Shown one piece after another: positions 40,648 to 53,179 of a DNA stretch of 64,000 nt. Source of the stretch: an uncultured Eubacteriales bacterium. GTDB lineage: Bacteria > Bacillota > Clostridia > Christensenellales > Aristaeellaceae. How positions within the stretch are numbered: position 1 is the first letter of the stretch; each line of letters begins with the position of its first letter. The stretch covers positions 35,735 through 99,734 of the forward strand of contig ONRC01000005.1 of NCBI GenBank assembly GCA_900320085.1, read 5' to 3'. A program made the position numbers and the translations under genes. The notes under the pieces were generated by a model that was given only the letters and a program-made list of their open reading frames with translations, searched no databases and was not told the DNA's origin.

Positions 40648-40814
40648 TTTCTCGGAAGGGGGTCTGGGGGAACCGCTCTTAGCCTTCCCCCCGCAGGGGG
40701 GCCGCAGCGCCCGGAAAATGATCCAGTGGATCATTTTCAGCGTAGGCCGGGCGGCAGCCCCGGATGGTGGCCCGCAGGGCCGGATGAGGTTATCCAAAGA
40801 GCGGTTTCCCCCAG
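40648..40814 (+). repeat. Family-C element, copy C4, expanded by nested insertion of module M1 (inverted) and a GGATGAGG module
   Basis: TTTCTCGGAAGGGGGTCTGGGGGAACCGCTCTTAG ... 40707-40762 equals the reverse complement of the M1 block found in family A ... CCAAAGAGCGGTTTCCCCCAG. Confidence 0.85.
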
Positions 40815-40818
40815 AATA

Positions 40819-41988
40819 TTATTTGGGATTCCTGCGTAAATACTCCATGCACATGCGTCCGTTGTGATAGGGGCACTTCCAGGGCTCCACGATGGGTTCG
40901 TCGCTGCCGGGGGTGCCGTCCTCATGCAAATACCAGAACCATTCGCTGCCGGGGCGCTTGTCGATAAGGTGATCCCGGATGTAGGTCCACTGCGTGACAA
41001 CGGCGTTTTTATAGCGTTCTTCGCCGGTCTTTTCATACGCGTTCAGGAAGCCCAGCAGCGCTTCCGCCTGTACCCACCAGATGCGCTTCTGGTTCACGAC
41101 GCCCCGTTCGCACTCGTTGGCAAAGCCGTGGTCGGTGAAGGCGGCATGATAGGTGTGATCGGCCATCTGCAAAAGAAGCGGACGGATGCGGGCGGTCAGC
41201 GCCGGGTCGTTCAGCGCTTCCAGGGTCTTTTCCGCCAGCCAGCTGGTTTCAATGTCGTGACCGAAGGAGTGCAGGTCGATCAGGGTGTTGTATTCGTGAT
41301 CGAAGAACACCTCCTGCCGCCGCTTTTCCTTGTTGTAAATCTTGTTTTCAAAAATATCCAGAATCTCATACAGCCGGGCTTTGACGCTTTCATCCGGCCA
41401 GGCCTGATATAAACCCGTGTAGCCCTCCATCACATGCAGCAGGGTGTTCATGGTGCGGGTGGCCATCACGCCGTTTTCACTGAGCTTTTCATTGCTCTCC
41501 GGCTGCCAGTCTGCGGTGAAGGCTTCCAGATAGCCGCCTGCGTCCCGGCACTTGGTTTCGATGATTTCAAACAGGGCTTTGGCCCGTTCCAGCGCGTCCC
41601 TCTCCCCTACTGCCCGGTAATAAGCCGACAGGGCGTAGATAGCGAATGCCTGGTTATAGGTGTGCTTGGTGCCGTCAGCCACTGTGCCGTCCGCGTGCAG
41701 GGCCCAGTACACCCCGCCGTTTTTTTCATCCATCATGTGTTTCAGCATGGCGTAGGCGTGGCGGGCGTCGTCCAGCAGTTCTTCCTCTTTCAGCAGCATG
41801 TAAGCCTCTGAGAAAAACCAGAGGATGCGGCTGTTCAGGATGCAGCCCTTGTCCGCCTCCGGGCGGCGGGTCAGGTCAAAGTCCACCTGGCCGATAAAGC
41901 CGCCGTTTTGATCGTCCCGCAGCCCGCGCCAAAACGGAATGATGCGCCGGGTCAGTTCATTCCGGATTTCCGAATGCATATCTGGCAT
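40819..41988 (-). CDS. N-acylglucosamine 2-epimerase-fold enzyme, cellobiose 2-epimerase-like
   Basis: 389 aa. RIIPFWRGLRDDQNGGF, CILNSRILWFFSEAY and HVMEGYTGLY are AGE/CE family patterns. Partner of the GH130 MGP in the known mannobiose pathway. Confidence 0.75.
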   Translation of the reverse strand: MPDMHSEIRNELTRRIIPFWRGLRDDQNGGFIGQVDFDLTRRPEADKGCILNSRILWFFSEAYMLLKEEELLDDARHAYAMLKHMMDEKNGGVYWALHADGTVADGTKHTYNQAFAIYALSAYYRAVGERDALERAKALFEIIETKCRDAGGYLEAFTADWQPESNEKLSENGVMATRTMNTLLHVMEGYTGLYQAWPDESVKARLYEILDIFENKIYNKEKRRQEVFFDHEYNTLIDLHSFGHDIETSWLAEKTLEALNDPALTARIRPLLLQMADHTYHAAFTDHGFANECERGVVNQKRIWWVQAEALLGFLNAYEKTGEERYKNAVVTQWTYIRDHLIDKRPGSEWFWYLHEDGTPGSDEPIVEPWKCPYHNGRMCMEYLRRNPK

Positions 41989-42062
41989 AGCTTTCCCTTT
42001 CTTTACACAGTTTCTTTTTTATAGCGGTATTGTACAATGTGCCGTCTGCCGCTGTCAAGATT

Positions 42063-42101
42063 GCAAAAGCAAAAAGGAACCCGCGTTTAATCGCGGGTTC
42101 C
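42063..42101 (-). terminator. Intrinsic terminator of rpoC
   Basis: Minus strand GGAACCCGCG-ATTAAA-CGCGGGTTCC followed by TTTTTGCTTTTG, 10 nt after the stop. Confidence 0.9.
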
Positions 42102-42111
42102 GATGCGGAAA

Positions 42112-45669
<3,558 letters not shown>

Positions 45670-45715
45670 GGATACAAACTCCCTCCGTTGTGGCGCGGGT
45701 TGAACAGTCGGGGCC

Positions 45716-45819
45716 GAGTGTGCAGAGTTCAGAGTACAGAGTTCAGATGATATACCCGATCAATTTCGATTTGCGCAGAGCACTCACTATCTTATCTGTA
45801 CTCTGAACTCTGCACTCTA
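45716..45819. repeat. Heptad-armed inverted repeat (unit CAGAGTT/CAGAGTA) in the rpoB-rpoC spacer
   Basis: Left arm CAGAGTT CAGAGTA CAGAGTT CAGATGA (45723-45750). Right arm TACTCTG AACTCTG CACTCTA (45799-45819). About 23 bp potential stem. Confidence 0.85.
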
Positions 45820-45850
45820 AAAATCTTCTGCCTATCAGATAAACCCCGGC

Positions 45851-48800
45851 TTATTCTAAGTCGTCATCGTCGTCCAGCTTCAGGTCATCCAGCATATCGT
45901 CGGCCTCGAAGTCGGCAAAATCGTCGTCCAAGGTGATATCTTCGTCCAGCTCCAGCGAATCGGTTTCGTCCAGGGCAGGCGCGTCGTCGTAATCCGTCTC
46001 GGGCAGGGGCTCGCGTCCGGCGGGGATGGAATCGCCCAGATCGTCGTCCTCGTCGTCCAGCTCGCGGATTTCGATTTCTTCCTTGTTTTCGTTCAGCACG
46101 CGGATATCCAGCGCCAGGGCCTGCAGCTCCTTGATGAGCACCTTGAAGGATTCGGGCACGCCGGGCGTGGGGATGTTCTGGCCCTTCACGATGGCTTCGT
46201 AGGTCTTGACGCGGCCCACGATGTCGTCGGACTTGACGGTCAGGATTTCCTGCAATGTGTTCGCAGCGCCGTAGGCTTCCAGCGCCCACACTTCCATCTC
46301 GCCAAAGCGCTGGCCGCCGAACTGGGCCTTGCCGCCCAGAGGCTGCTGCGTGACGAGGGAGTAAGGGCCGGTGGAGCGGGCGTGCATCTTGTCGTCCACC
46401 AGATGGTGCAGCTTCAGGAAGTACATGATGCCCACGGTAACGGGGTTTTCAAAGGGATCGCCGGTGCGGCCGTCGTACAGGATGGTCTTGCCGTCGGGAC
46501 GCAAACCGGCCTTTTGCAGACATTCTTCAATATCTTCCTTGGTCGCGCCGTCAAACACGGGGGTCGCGATGTGCCAGCCCAGGGTCCGGGCCGCGATGCC
46601 AAGGTGGACCTCCAGCACCTGCCCGATGTTCATACGGGAAGGCACACCCAGGGGGTTCAGCACGATGTCCAGCGGCGTTCCGTCGGGCAGGAAGGGCATG
46701 TCCTCCTCGCGCAGGATACGGGACACGACGCCCTTGTTGCCGTGGCGCCCGGACATCTTGTCGCCGACGGAGATCTTTCTCTTCTGCGCGATATACACGC
46801 GCACCATTTCGTTGACGCCGGGGCTCAGCTCGTCCTTGTTTTCACGGGTGAAAATCTTCACGTCCACGATGATGCCGCCCTCGCCGTGAGGAACCTTCAA
46901 GGAGGTGTCGCGCACTTCGCGGGCTTTTTCACCAAAGATGGCCCGCAGCAGGCGTTCCTCGGCGGTCAGCTCGGTTTCGCCCTTGGGGGTGACTTTGCCC
47001 ACCAGGATGTCGCCGCTGCGCACCTCCGCGCCGATGCGGATGATGCCGTTTTCGTCCAGATCGCGCACCGCGTCCTCGCCCACGTTGGGAATATCGCGGG
47101 TGATTTCTTCCGGGCCCAGCTTGGTTTCGCGGGCTTCGGACTCGTATTCTTCAATATGAATGGAGGTGTATTTGTCGTACTTGACCAGGCGTTCGCTGAT
47201 CAGCACGGCGTCCTCGTAGTTGTAGCCTTCCCAGGTCATGAAGCCGATGAGCATATTCTTGCCCAGGCCGATTTCGCCGTTCTCGGTGGAGGGGCCGTCG
47301 GCCAGCAGGTCGCCCACTTCGATCTTCTGTCCCTGATAGACGCGGGGGCGCTGGTTGATGCAGGTGCCCTGGTTGGAGCGGGCGAACTTGGTCAGGTGGT
47401 AGCTGTGCTTTTCGCCCAGCTCGTCCTGAATGACCACTTCGTCCGCCGCCACGGAATACACCGTGCCCGCGTGCTTGGAAAGCAGCACCACGCCGGAGTC
47501 GTGGGCGGCCTTGTATTCCATGCCGGTGCCCACGATGGGGGCTTCGGGCACCAGCAGCGGCACGGCCTGACGCTGCATGTTGGAGCCCATCAGGGCGCGG
47601 TTGGCGTCGTCGTTTTCCAGGAAGGGGATCATGGCCGTGGCCACGGACACCACCTGCTTGGGCGACACGTCGATATAGTCCACGTCCTTGGCGGGCACTT
47701 CGATGGTCTCGTCGCGCCAACGCACCACGACGCGCTTGTTGATGAAGCGGTTGTTTTCGTCCAGGGGCTCCTTGGCCTGGCCCACCTTATAGTTGTCTTC
47801 CTCGTCGGCGGTCATGTAGACGATTTCGTCCGTCACCTGGCCCGTTTCCTTGTTCACCTTGCGGTAAGGCGCTTCGATGAAGCCGTACTCGTTGATGCGG
47901 GCGTAGGTGGCCAGAGAGCCGATCAGGCCGATGTTGGGGCCTTCAGGCGTCTCGATGGGGCAGATGCGGGCGTAGTGGGAATAGTGCACGTCGCGCACTT
48001 CCATGCTGGCGCGGTCGCGGTTCAGGCCGCCGGGGCCCAGAGCGGACAGACGGCGCTTGTGGGTCAGCTCCGCCAGGGGGTTGGGCTGGTCCATGAACTG
48101 GGACAGCTGGGAGGAGCCGAAGAACTCCTTGATGGCGGCGGACACCGGGCGGATGTTGATCAGTTCGCCGGGCTTGACGTCGTTGGCGTCCTGAATGGCC
48201 ATGCGCTCGCGCACCACGCGCTCCAGGCGACTTAAGCCGATGCGCACCTGGTTTTGCAGCAGCTCGCCCACGCTGCGCAGGCGGCGGTTGCCCAGATGGT
48301 CGATATCGTCGATGGTGCCCACACCGTAGGGCAGGCCCAGCAGATAGCTGACGGAGGCCACGATGTCGTCGATGATGATGTGCTTGGGCACCAGGTTGTA
48401 TACGTTTTCGGAAACGACCCGCTTCAAATCCTCGGCGGGGGTTTCTTCGATGATTTTAAGCAAAGTGGGCAGGTGCACCATTTCCAGGATGCCCGCTTCC
48501 CTGGGATCGAAGGGCAGGAAGCCCCGGGCGTCGGCAAAGTTGTTGCCCAGCACCTTGTGCACCACGTTTTCGCACTGCAAAAGCACCGCGTTCACACCGG
48601 CATTCTGGATCTCAATGGCGGTTTCGCGGGAGATCACATTGCCCTTTTCCACCATCACTTCGCCGCTGATGGGGTTGATAATGTCCTCGGCGGCCACCTG
48701 GCCCGCGATACGGGCGGACAGGCCCAGCTTCTTATTGAACTTATAGCGGCCCACGCGCATCAGGTCATAGCGCTTGGGGTCAAAGAACAGGCTGCGCAGC

Positions 48801-49564
48801 AGGGCGCGGGCGCCGTCCTCGGTGGGCGGCTCGCCGGGCTTCTGGCGCTTGTAGATTTCCAGCAGGCCCTGGGTCTGGGTCTTGGTCTGGTCGGAGCGGG
48901 CGATGGTGGCCATCAGCCGTTCGTCCTCGCCCAGCAGGTCATAAATTTCCTGGTCGGTGCCGTAGCCCAGCGCACGCAGAAGCACCGTGATGGGCAGCTT
49001 GCGGGCGCGGTCAATACGCACCCACAGCACATCGTTGTTGTCGGTTTCATATTCCAGCCAGGCGCCCCGGTTGGGGATGATCTGGGAGGAGAACAGGTGC
49101 TTGCCCGACTTGTCGATGGTGTCGCCGAAATAAGCGCCGGGCGAACGCACCAGCTGGCTGACAATGACGCGCTCCGCGCCATTGATGATAAAAGTGCCAT
49201 GCTCGGTCATCAGCGGGAAATCACCCATAAAGACTTCCGATTCCTTGATTTCGCCGGTCTCCCGGTTCTTCAGGCGGACGAAAACCTTCAGCGGGGCCGC
49301 GTAGGTCAGGTCGCGTTCCTTGCACCGCTCCACAGAATTCTTGGGCGTGCCGTCGAGCGAGTAATCGACGAATTCCAACACCAGATTTTCGCTGTAATCC
49401 GTGATGGGAGACACGTCCGCCAGAACCTCTTTCAGATCTTCGGTCAGAAAACGCTTATAGCTGTTTTTCTGCACCTCGATCAGGTTGGGCATGTCCAGAA
49501 CCTCGTCGATGCGCGAGAAGCTCATGCGCTTTCGCAGCTTCCCCATTTGGACCTCGTGCACCAT
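45851..49564 (-). CDS. rpoB: DNA-directed RNA polymerase subunit beta, with ~85 aa poly-acidic C-terminal tail
   Basis: 1237 aa. [28 protein letters not shown] and [15 protein letters not shown] motifs. The tail is DDEDDDLGD...[25 protein letters not shown]. Confidence 0.98.
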   Translation of the reverse strand: MVHEVQMGKLRKRMSFSRIDEVLDMPNLIEVQKNSYKRFLTEDLKEVLADVSPITDYSENLVLEFVDYSLDGTPKNSVERCKERDLTYAAPLKVFVRLKNRETGEIKESEVFMGDFPLMTEHGTFIINGAERVIVSQLVRSPGAYFGDTIDKSGKHLFSSQIIPNRGAWLEYETDNNDVLWVRIDRARKLPITVLLRALGYGTDQEIYDLLGEDERLMATIARSDQTKTQTQGLLEIYKRQKPGEPPTEDGARALLRSLFFDPKRYDLMRVGRYKFNKKLGLSARIAGQVAAEDIINPISGEVMVEKGNVISRETAIEIQNAGVNAVLLQCENVVHKVLGNNFADARGFLPFDPREAGILEMVHLPTLLKIIEETPAEDLKRVVSENVYNLVPKHIIIDDIVASVSYLLGLPYGVGTIDDIDHLGNRRLRSVGELLQNQVRIGLSRLERVVRERMAIQDANDVKPGELINIRPVSAAIKEFFGSSQLSQFMDQPNPLAELTHKRRLSALGPGGLNRDRASMEVRDVHYSHYARICPIETPEGPNIGLIGSLATYARINEYGFIEAPYRKVNKETGQVTDEIVYMTADEEDNYKVGQAKEPLDENNRFINKRVVVRWRDETIEVPAKDVDYIDVSPKQVVSVATAMIPFLENDDANRALMGSNMQRQAVPLLVPEAPIVGTGMEYKAAHDSGVVLLSKHAGTVYSVAADEVVIQDELGEKHSYHLTKFARSNQGTCINQRPRVYQGQKIEVGDLLADGPSTENGEIGLGKNMLIGFMTWEGYNYEDAVLISERLVKYDKYTSIHIEEYESEARETKLGPEEITRDIPNVGEDAVRDLDENGIIRIGAEVRSGDILVGKVTPKGETELTAEERLLRAIFGEKAREVRDTSLKVPHGEGGIIVDVKIFTRENKDELSPGVNEMVRVYIAQKRKISVGDKMSGRHGNKGVVSRILREEDMPFLPDGTPLDIVLNPLGVPSRMNIGQVLEVHLGIAARTLGWHIATPVFDGATKEDIEECLQKAGLRPDGKTILYDGRTGDPFENPVTVGIMYFLKLHHLVDDKMHARSTGPYSLVTQQPLGGKAQFGGQRFGEMEVWALEAYGAANTLQEILTVKSDDIVGRVKTYEAIVKGQNIPTPGVPESFKVLIKELQALALDIRVLNENKEEIEIRELDDEDDDLGDSIPAGREPLPETDYDDAPALDETDSLELDEDITLDDDFADFEADDMLDDLKLDDDDDLE

Positions 49565-49707
49565 AAAGCTATCACCCCTTCATTGGCTGCCCAGAAACCG
49601 AAAAAAGCGCATATTTCCCCTACCCCATCGGCCTTGTCATTTTTTAACAGGAAGCCGTATGACCATAGGGAAAAAGGCGCACCTGTTCGACACTGGTGCA
49701 ATTTTAG

Positions 49708-49736
49708 ATGATAGCATACGTTTTTGATCATGTCAA
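49708..49736 (-). promoter_or_regulatory. Sigma-A type promoter of rpoBC
   Basis: Minus strand TTGACA, 17 nt spacer, TATCAT, about 140 nt upstream of the rpoB ATG and just downstream of the argG terminator. Confidence 0.6.
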
Positions 49737-49745
49737 TACTTTTCT

Positions 49746-49793
49746 GGAAAAAAATATGCAAAATCGCCGCGTTTTCTGAAAAAACGCGGCGAT
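49746..49793 (-). terminator. Intrinsic terminator of argG
   Basis: Minus strand ATCGCCGCGTTTT-TTCAG-AAAACGCGGCGAT followed by TTTGCATATTTTTTT. Confidence 0.85.
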
Positions 49794-49807
49794 GATATTT
49801 TGCTTTT

Positions 49808-51025
49808 TTACTTTTTGCCGTCCACCATGGCCTGCACCTTGATGGGCAATCCGAACAGGTTGATGAAGCCCGCGGCGTCCTGCTGGTTGTAATCGGACGC
49901 GCCGAAGGTGGCGATGTTTTCGGAGTACAGGGAGTATTCGCTCCACACGCCGGCCTTGATGATGTTGCCCTTGTAGAGCTTGAGCTTCACCGTGCCGGTG
50001 ACCTTCTCCTGGGTCTTGTTGACGAAGGCGGTGAGGGCTTCCCGCAGGGGGGTGAACCACTGGCCGTTGTACACCAGCTCGGCGAAGGTGATGGAAAGGC
50101 GCTGCTTTTCGTGGGCGGTCATCTTGTCCAGGCAGACGCTTTCCAGATATTCATGGGCTTTGTACAGGATGGTGCCGCCGGGGGTCTCGTACACGCCGCG
50201 GCACTTCATGCCCACCAGCCGGTTCTCCACGATGTCCAGCAGGCCGATGCCGTTCTTGCCGCCCAGCTCGTTGAGCTTCAGGATGATTTCCTTGGCGCTC
50301 ATGGCTTCGCCGTTCAGCTTGACGGGCTTGCCCTGGTCAAAGTCCAGGGTGATATAGGTGGGTTCGTCGGGCGCCTGAAGGGGCGACACGCCCATTTCCA
50401 GGAAGCCGGGCTTCTCATACTGGGGCTCGTTGCCGGTGTCTTCCAGGTCCAGGCCCTCATGGCTCAGGTGCCACAGGTTCTTGTCCTTGGAATAGTTGGT
50501 TTCCCGGTTGATTTTCAGGGGCACGTTGTGGGCCTCGGCGTAGTCGATTTCCTCGTCGCGGCTCTTGATGTCCCATTCCCGCCAGGGGGCGATGATGGGC
50601 ATGTTGGGGGCGAAATGCTTGATGGCCAGCTCGAAACGCACCTGGTCGTTGCCCTTGCCGGTGCAGCCGTGGCAGATGGCGTCGGCGTTCTCTTTCAGCG
50701 CAATTTCCACCAGGCCCTTGGCGATGCAGGGCCGGGCATGGCTGGTGCCCAGCAGGTATTCTTCATACACCGCGCCCGCCTGCATGGTGGGGATGATGTA
50801 GTTGTCCACGTAGTCGTCGGTCAGGTCGAGGACGTACAGCTTGGACGCGCCGGTTTTCAGCGCTTTTTCCTCCAGGCCCTCCAGCTCGTCCGCCTGGCCC
50901 ACGTTGCCGGACACGGCGATGACTTCGCAGTTGTTGTAGTTTTCCTTCAGCCAGGGAATAATAATGGAGGTGTCCAGGCCTCCCGAATATGCCAATACGA
51001 CTTTCTTGATCTTGCTCTTGTCCAT
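49808..51025 (-). CDS. argG: Argininosuccinate synthase
   Basis: 405 aa. [25 protein letters not shown] and SHEGLDLED motifs. Confidence 0.97.
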   Translation of the reverse strand: MDKSKIKKVVLAYSGGLDTSIIIPWLKENYNNCEVIAVSGNVGQADELEGLEEKALKTGASKLYVLDLTDDYVDNYIIPTMQAGAVYEEYLLGTSHARPCIAKGLVEIALKENADAICHGCTGKGNDQVRFELAIKHFAPNMPIIAPWREWDIKSRDEEIDYAEAHNVPLKINRETNYSKDKNLWHLSHEGLDLEDTGNEPQYEKPGFLEMGVSPLQAPDEPTYITLDFDQGKPVKLNGEAMSAKEIILKLNELGGKNGIGLLDIVENRLVGMKCRGVYETPGGTILYKAHEYLESVCLDKMTAHEKQRLSITFAELVYNGQWFTPLREALTAFVNKTQEKVTGTVKLKLYKGNIIKAGVWSEYSLYSENIATFGASDYNQQDAAGFINLFGLPIKVQAMVDGKK

Positions 51026-51060
51026 CGTTCCTTACTCCTTCTCTGAATAAATACACGTAG

Positions 51061-51088
51061 ATTATACCGCAGAAAATGCGTTTGTCAA
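51061..51088 (-). promoter_or_regulatory. Near-consensus sigma-A promoter of argG
   Basis: Minus strand TTGACA (51088-51083), 16 nt spacer, TATAAT (51066-51061). Confidence 0.7.
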
Positions 51089-51127
51089 GGGTTAAAATGA
51101 AATTTTATTCATATAATTCTGAAATAA

Positions 51128-51152
51128 ATGAATAAATATAATATTTATTCAT
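51128..51152. promoter_or_regulatory. ARG-box-like perfect palindrome (putative ArgR/AhrC operator) upstream of argG
   Basis: ATGAATAAATAT-A-ATATTTATTCAT has 12-nt perfect arms containing the TGAAT...ATTCA ARG-box core. More TGAATAAAT-like half sites lie at 51040-51055 and 51105-51125, in an AT-rich island. Confidence 0.65.
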
Positions 51153-51178
51153 TATTCCGCCAGAAACGACATGGCCCG

Positions 51179-52063
51179 TCAACGGGCTTCCTCCTCCTTG
51201 GTGGGAAGCGATTTGGGCAGGAACCCCCGGAAAGCGGTGAAAGCCTCATTGCTTTCCACGGTCAGATCGCCTTCCGCGCCGCGCATGGTTTCCCGGGCGA
51301 TATACAGGCCCATGCCCCGGCCCTCGCCCTTGCCGGAAAAGCCCGCCTCAAAGATGGACGCCAGGTTCTTTTCGGGAATGGCCGGGCCGTTGTTCTTCAC
51401 CTCGAAGGAATAGCTTTTCACGTCCTCCCCCAGGGTGATCCAGATGCGGGGATCGGGGCATTCCTTCAGCGCGTCCATGGCGTTGTCGATCAGGTTGCTC
51501 AGCACGCGGCACATTTCCCAGGCGGGCAGGGGCAGATCCTCCCACGCGGCGTGCACCGCGCATTCCGCCTGAATGCCCCGCTGATTCGCCTCCGCCATCT
51601 TGGCGCGCAGCAGGGCGTTCACCGGCGCGCAGCGGGTTTTGAGCGCCTGGCTCAGGGATTGGATGTCGCCGTACACCTGCTCGATATAGCGGTTCGCTTC
51701 CTCGTATTCCCGCATCTCGATCAGGCTGTACACCACCTGCAAATGGTTCAGGAAATCGTGGCGCTGGGCGCGGAGGGCGATGTTCATTTCGCTCATCTGA
51801 TTCACGGTTTCGTCCAGGCCCCGGAGCTTGAAGGACAGCTTGCCCGCCTTGTACGCCTCCCGAATATCCATCACCGCGCCCCAGGACACCACCGCCGCCA
51901 GCAGCAGCACCACGATATCCCCCATAGGGCCGTGAAGCGCCTGGTTCACCCCGTCGGACAGGATGTAGGCGGCCAGGGCCAGTACCGCCACGATCTGCAA
52001 AGCGTTGATGACAATGGAATACAGCGCCGCTTTCCGCACGTTCAGTTGGGGCTGCACTTTCAT
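51179..52063 (-). CDS. Two-TM AgrC/Spo0B-type (HPK10-like) GHKL histidine kinase
   Basis: 294 aa. Two N-terminal TM helices. H-box AQRHDFLNHLQVVYSLIEMREYEEANRYI. N-box VLSNLIDNAMDAL. G-box GFSGKGEGRGMGLYIA. ATGA overlap with the sigma gene. Confidence 0.75.
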   Translation of the reverse strand: MKVQPQLNVRKAALYSIVINALQIVAVLALAAYILSDGVNQALHGPMGDIVVLLLAAVVSWGAVMDIREAYKAGKLSFKLRGLDETVNQMSEMNIALRAQRHDFLNHLQVVYSLIEMREYEEANRYIEQVYGDIQSLSQALKTRCAPVNALLRAKMAEANQRGIQAECAVHAAWEDLPLPAWEMCRVLSNLIDNAMDALKECPDPRIWITLGEDVKSYSFEVKNNGPAIPEKNLASIFEAGFSGKGEGRGMGLYIARETMRGAEGDLTVESNEAFTAFRGFLPKSLPTKEEEAR

Positions 52064-52797
52064 GGCTGTTCCGTCAACTCCTTTCGCAGGGCGGCCAGGA
52101 TACGCCGCTCCATACGGGATACCTGCATCTGGGTTTTGTTCATCCGCGCGGCGGCGTCCCGCTGGGACAAGCACTGGGTAAAGCGAAGGTTCAACAATAG
52201 TTTTTCTTCCTCGGTCAATGCTGACATGGCGCGGGCCAAATCCTCCCGCTGCTCCATCCGCTCAAAGCCCGCTTCTGAAAACGGCAGGCGCTCCGCCAGG
52301 GTCAGCCCGTTTTCGTCCGTTTCCTCCAGGGAGGAAACCCGGGTGGAGGAAAGATAATTCCACGCGGCCAGCACCCGCCCGATTTCCCAGCCCAGGATGT
52401 CAGCCAGCTGCCGGGCGGAGGGCTCGGCGTGGTATCGGTTCAGGTAAGCGTCCCGGGCTTTTTCCACGTCCATGGCCTGCTGCCGCAGGGCCCGGGGCGC
52501 GCGCAAAAGCGGCGCCTGATCCCGCAGGTAATTGCGCACCGCGCCGGTGACGGTGGGGGTTACGTAGCTGGTGAATTTGAGCCCGCGCTCCGGCTCAAAG
52601 CCCTTGAGCGCGTTCACGCAGGCCAGACACGCCACCTGGTAAAGATCGTCGTACTCCGCGCCGCGGCTCAAAAACCGCCGAGCGATCAGGGCGCACAGCG
52701 GCAGGCAGGCGTCCAGCGCCGCGTTCAGCGCCTCCTCGGTTCGGGACAGGGCAAATTCGCACGCCGTGGCGTGCATCAAAGCGGCATCCATCGCCAT
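52060..52797 (-). CDS. Group-3 sigma-70 family RNA polymerase sigma factor (SigB/SigF-like)
   Basis: 245 aa. Region 2 YDDLYQVACLACVNALKGFEPERGLKFTSYVTPTVTGAVRNYLRD. Region 4 HTH LSQRDAAARMNKTQMQVSRMERRIL. Confidence 0.85.
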   Translation of the reverse strand: MAMDAALMHATACEFALSRTEEALNAALDACLPLCALIARRFLSRGAEYDDLYQVACLACVNALKGFEPERGLKFTSYVTPTVTGAVRNYLRDQAPLLRAPRALRQQAMDVEKARDAYLNRYHAEPSARQLADILGWEIGRVLAAWNYLSSTRVSSLEETDENGLTLAERLPFSEAGFERMEQREDLARAMSALTEEEKLLLNLRFTQCLSQRDAAARMNKTQMQVSRMERRILAALRKELTEQP

Positions 52798-52801
52798 GGC
52801 G

Positions 52802-53179
52802 TCACACCCCGGCGGGCAGCGTCATATGGACGCAGTGCACGCCCCCTTCGTCCTGATCCAGGGTCACTTCCCGCACCAGCGTTTGAATGATCAGCTGGGC
52901 GATGTCCGCGTCGGCTTTTTCTTCTTCCTCGCACCGGGTGCGCTCCTGGGCGGTGAGGCTCACGTGGAGGCCGTCGGGCTTCTGCTCACAGGAAAGGGTC
53001 AGGGTTTCGGCGATGAAATCCTGATGCAGCAGCAAATCGCAGCTTTCCTCCACGGCGGTGCACAGGTCGTCCATCAGGTCCAGCGGCAGGTTATACAGCG
53101 CGCCCACGCCGCTGGCGGCCATGCGCAGCACCAGCGCCCATTCCTGCTTCGCGGGCACAGTCAGGGTCATCGGGGTCAC
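52802..53179 (-). CDS. Small anti-sigma-factor-like protein (truncated RsbW/SpoIIAB-type fold; tentative)
   Basis: 125 aa. LTVPAKQEWALVLRMAASGVGALYNLPLDLMDDLCTAVEESCDLL resembles the N-terminal half of HATPase_c_2 anti-sigma kinases but lacks the G-boxes. Immediately upstream of a sigma gene. GTGA overlap with the dnaE stop (an alternative ATG is at 53170). Confidence 0.45.
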   Translation of the reverse strand: MTPMTLTVPAKQEWALVLRMAASGVGALYNLPLDLMDDLCTAVEESCDLLLHQDFIAETLTLSCEQKPDGLHVSLTAQERTRCEEEEKADADIAQLIIQTLVREVTLDQDEGGVHCVHMTLPAGV

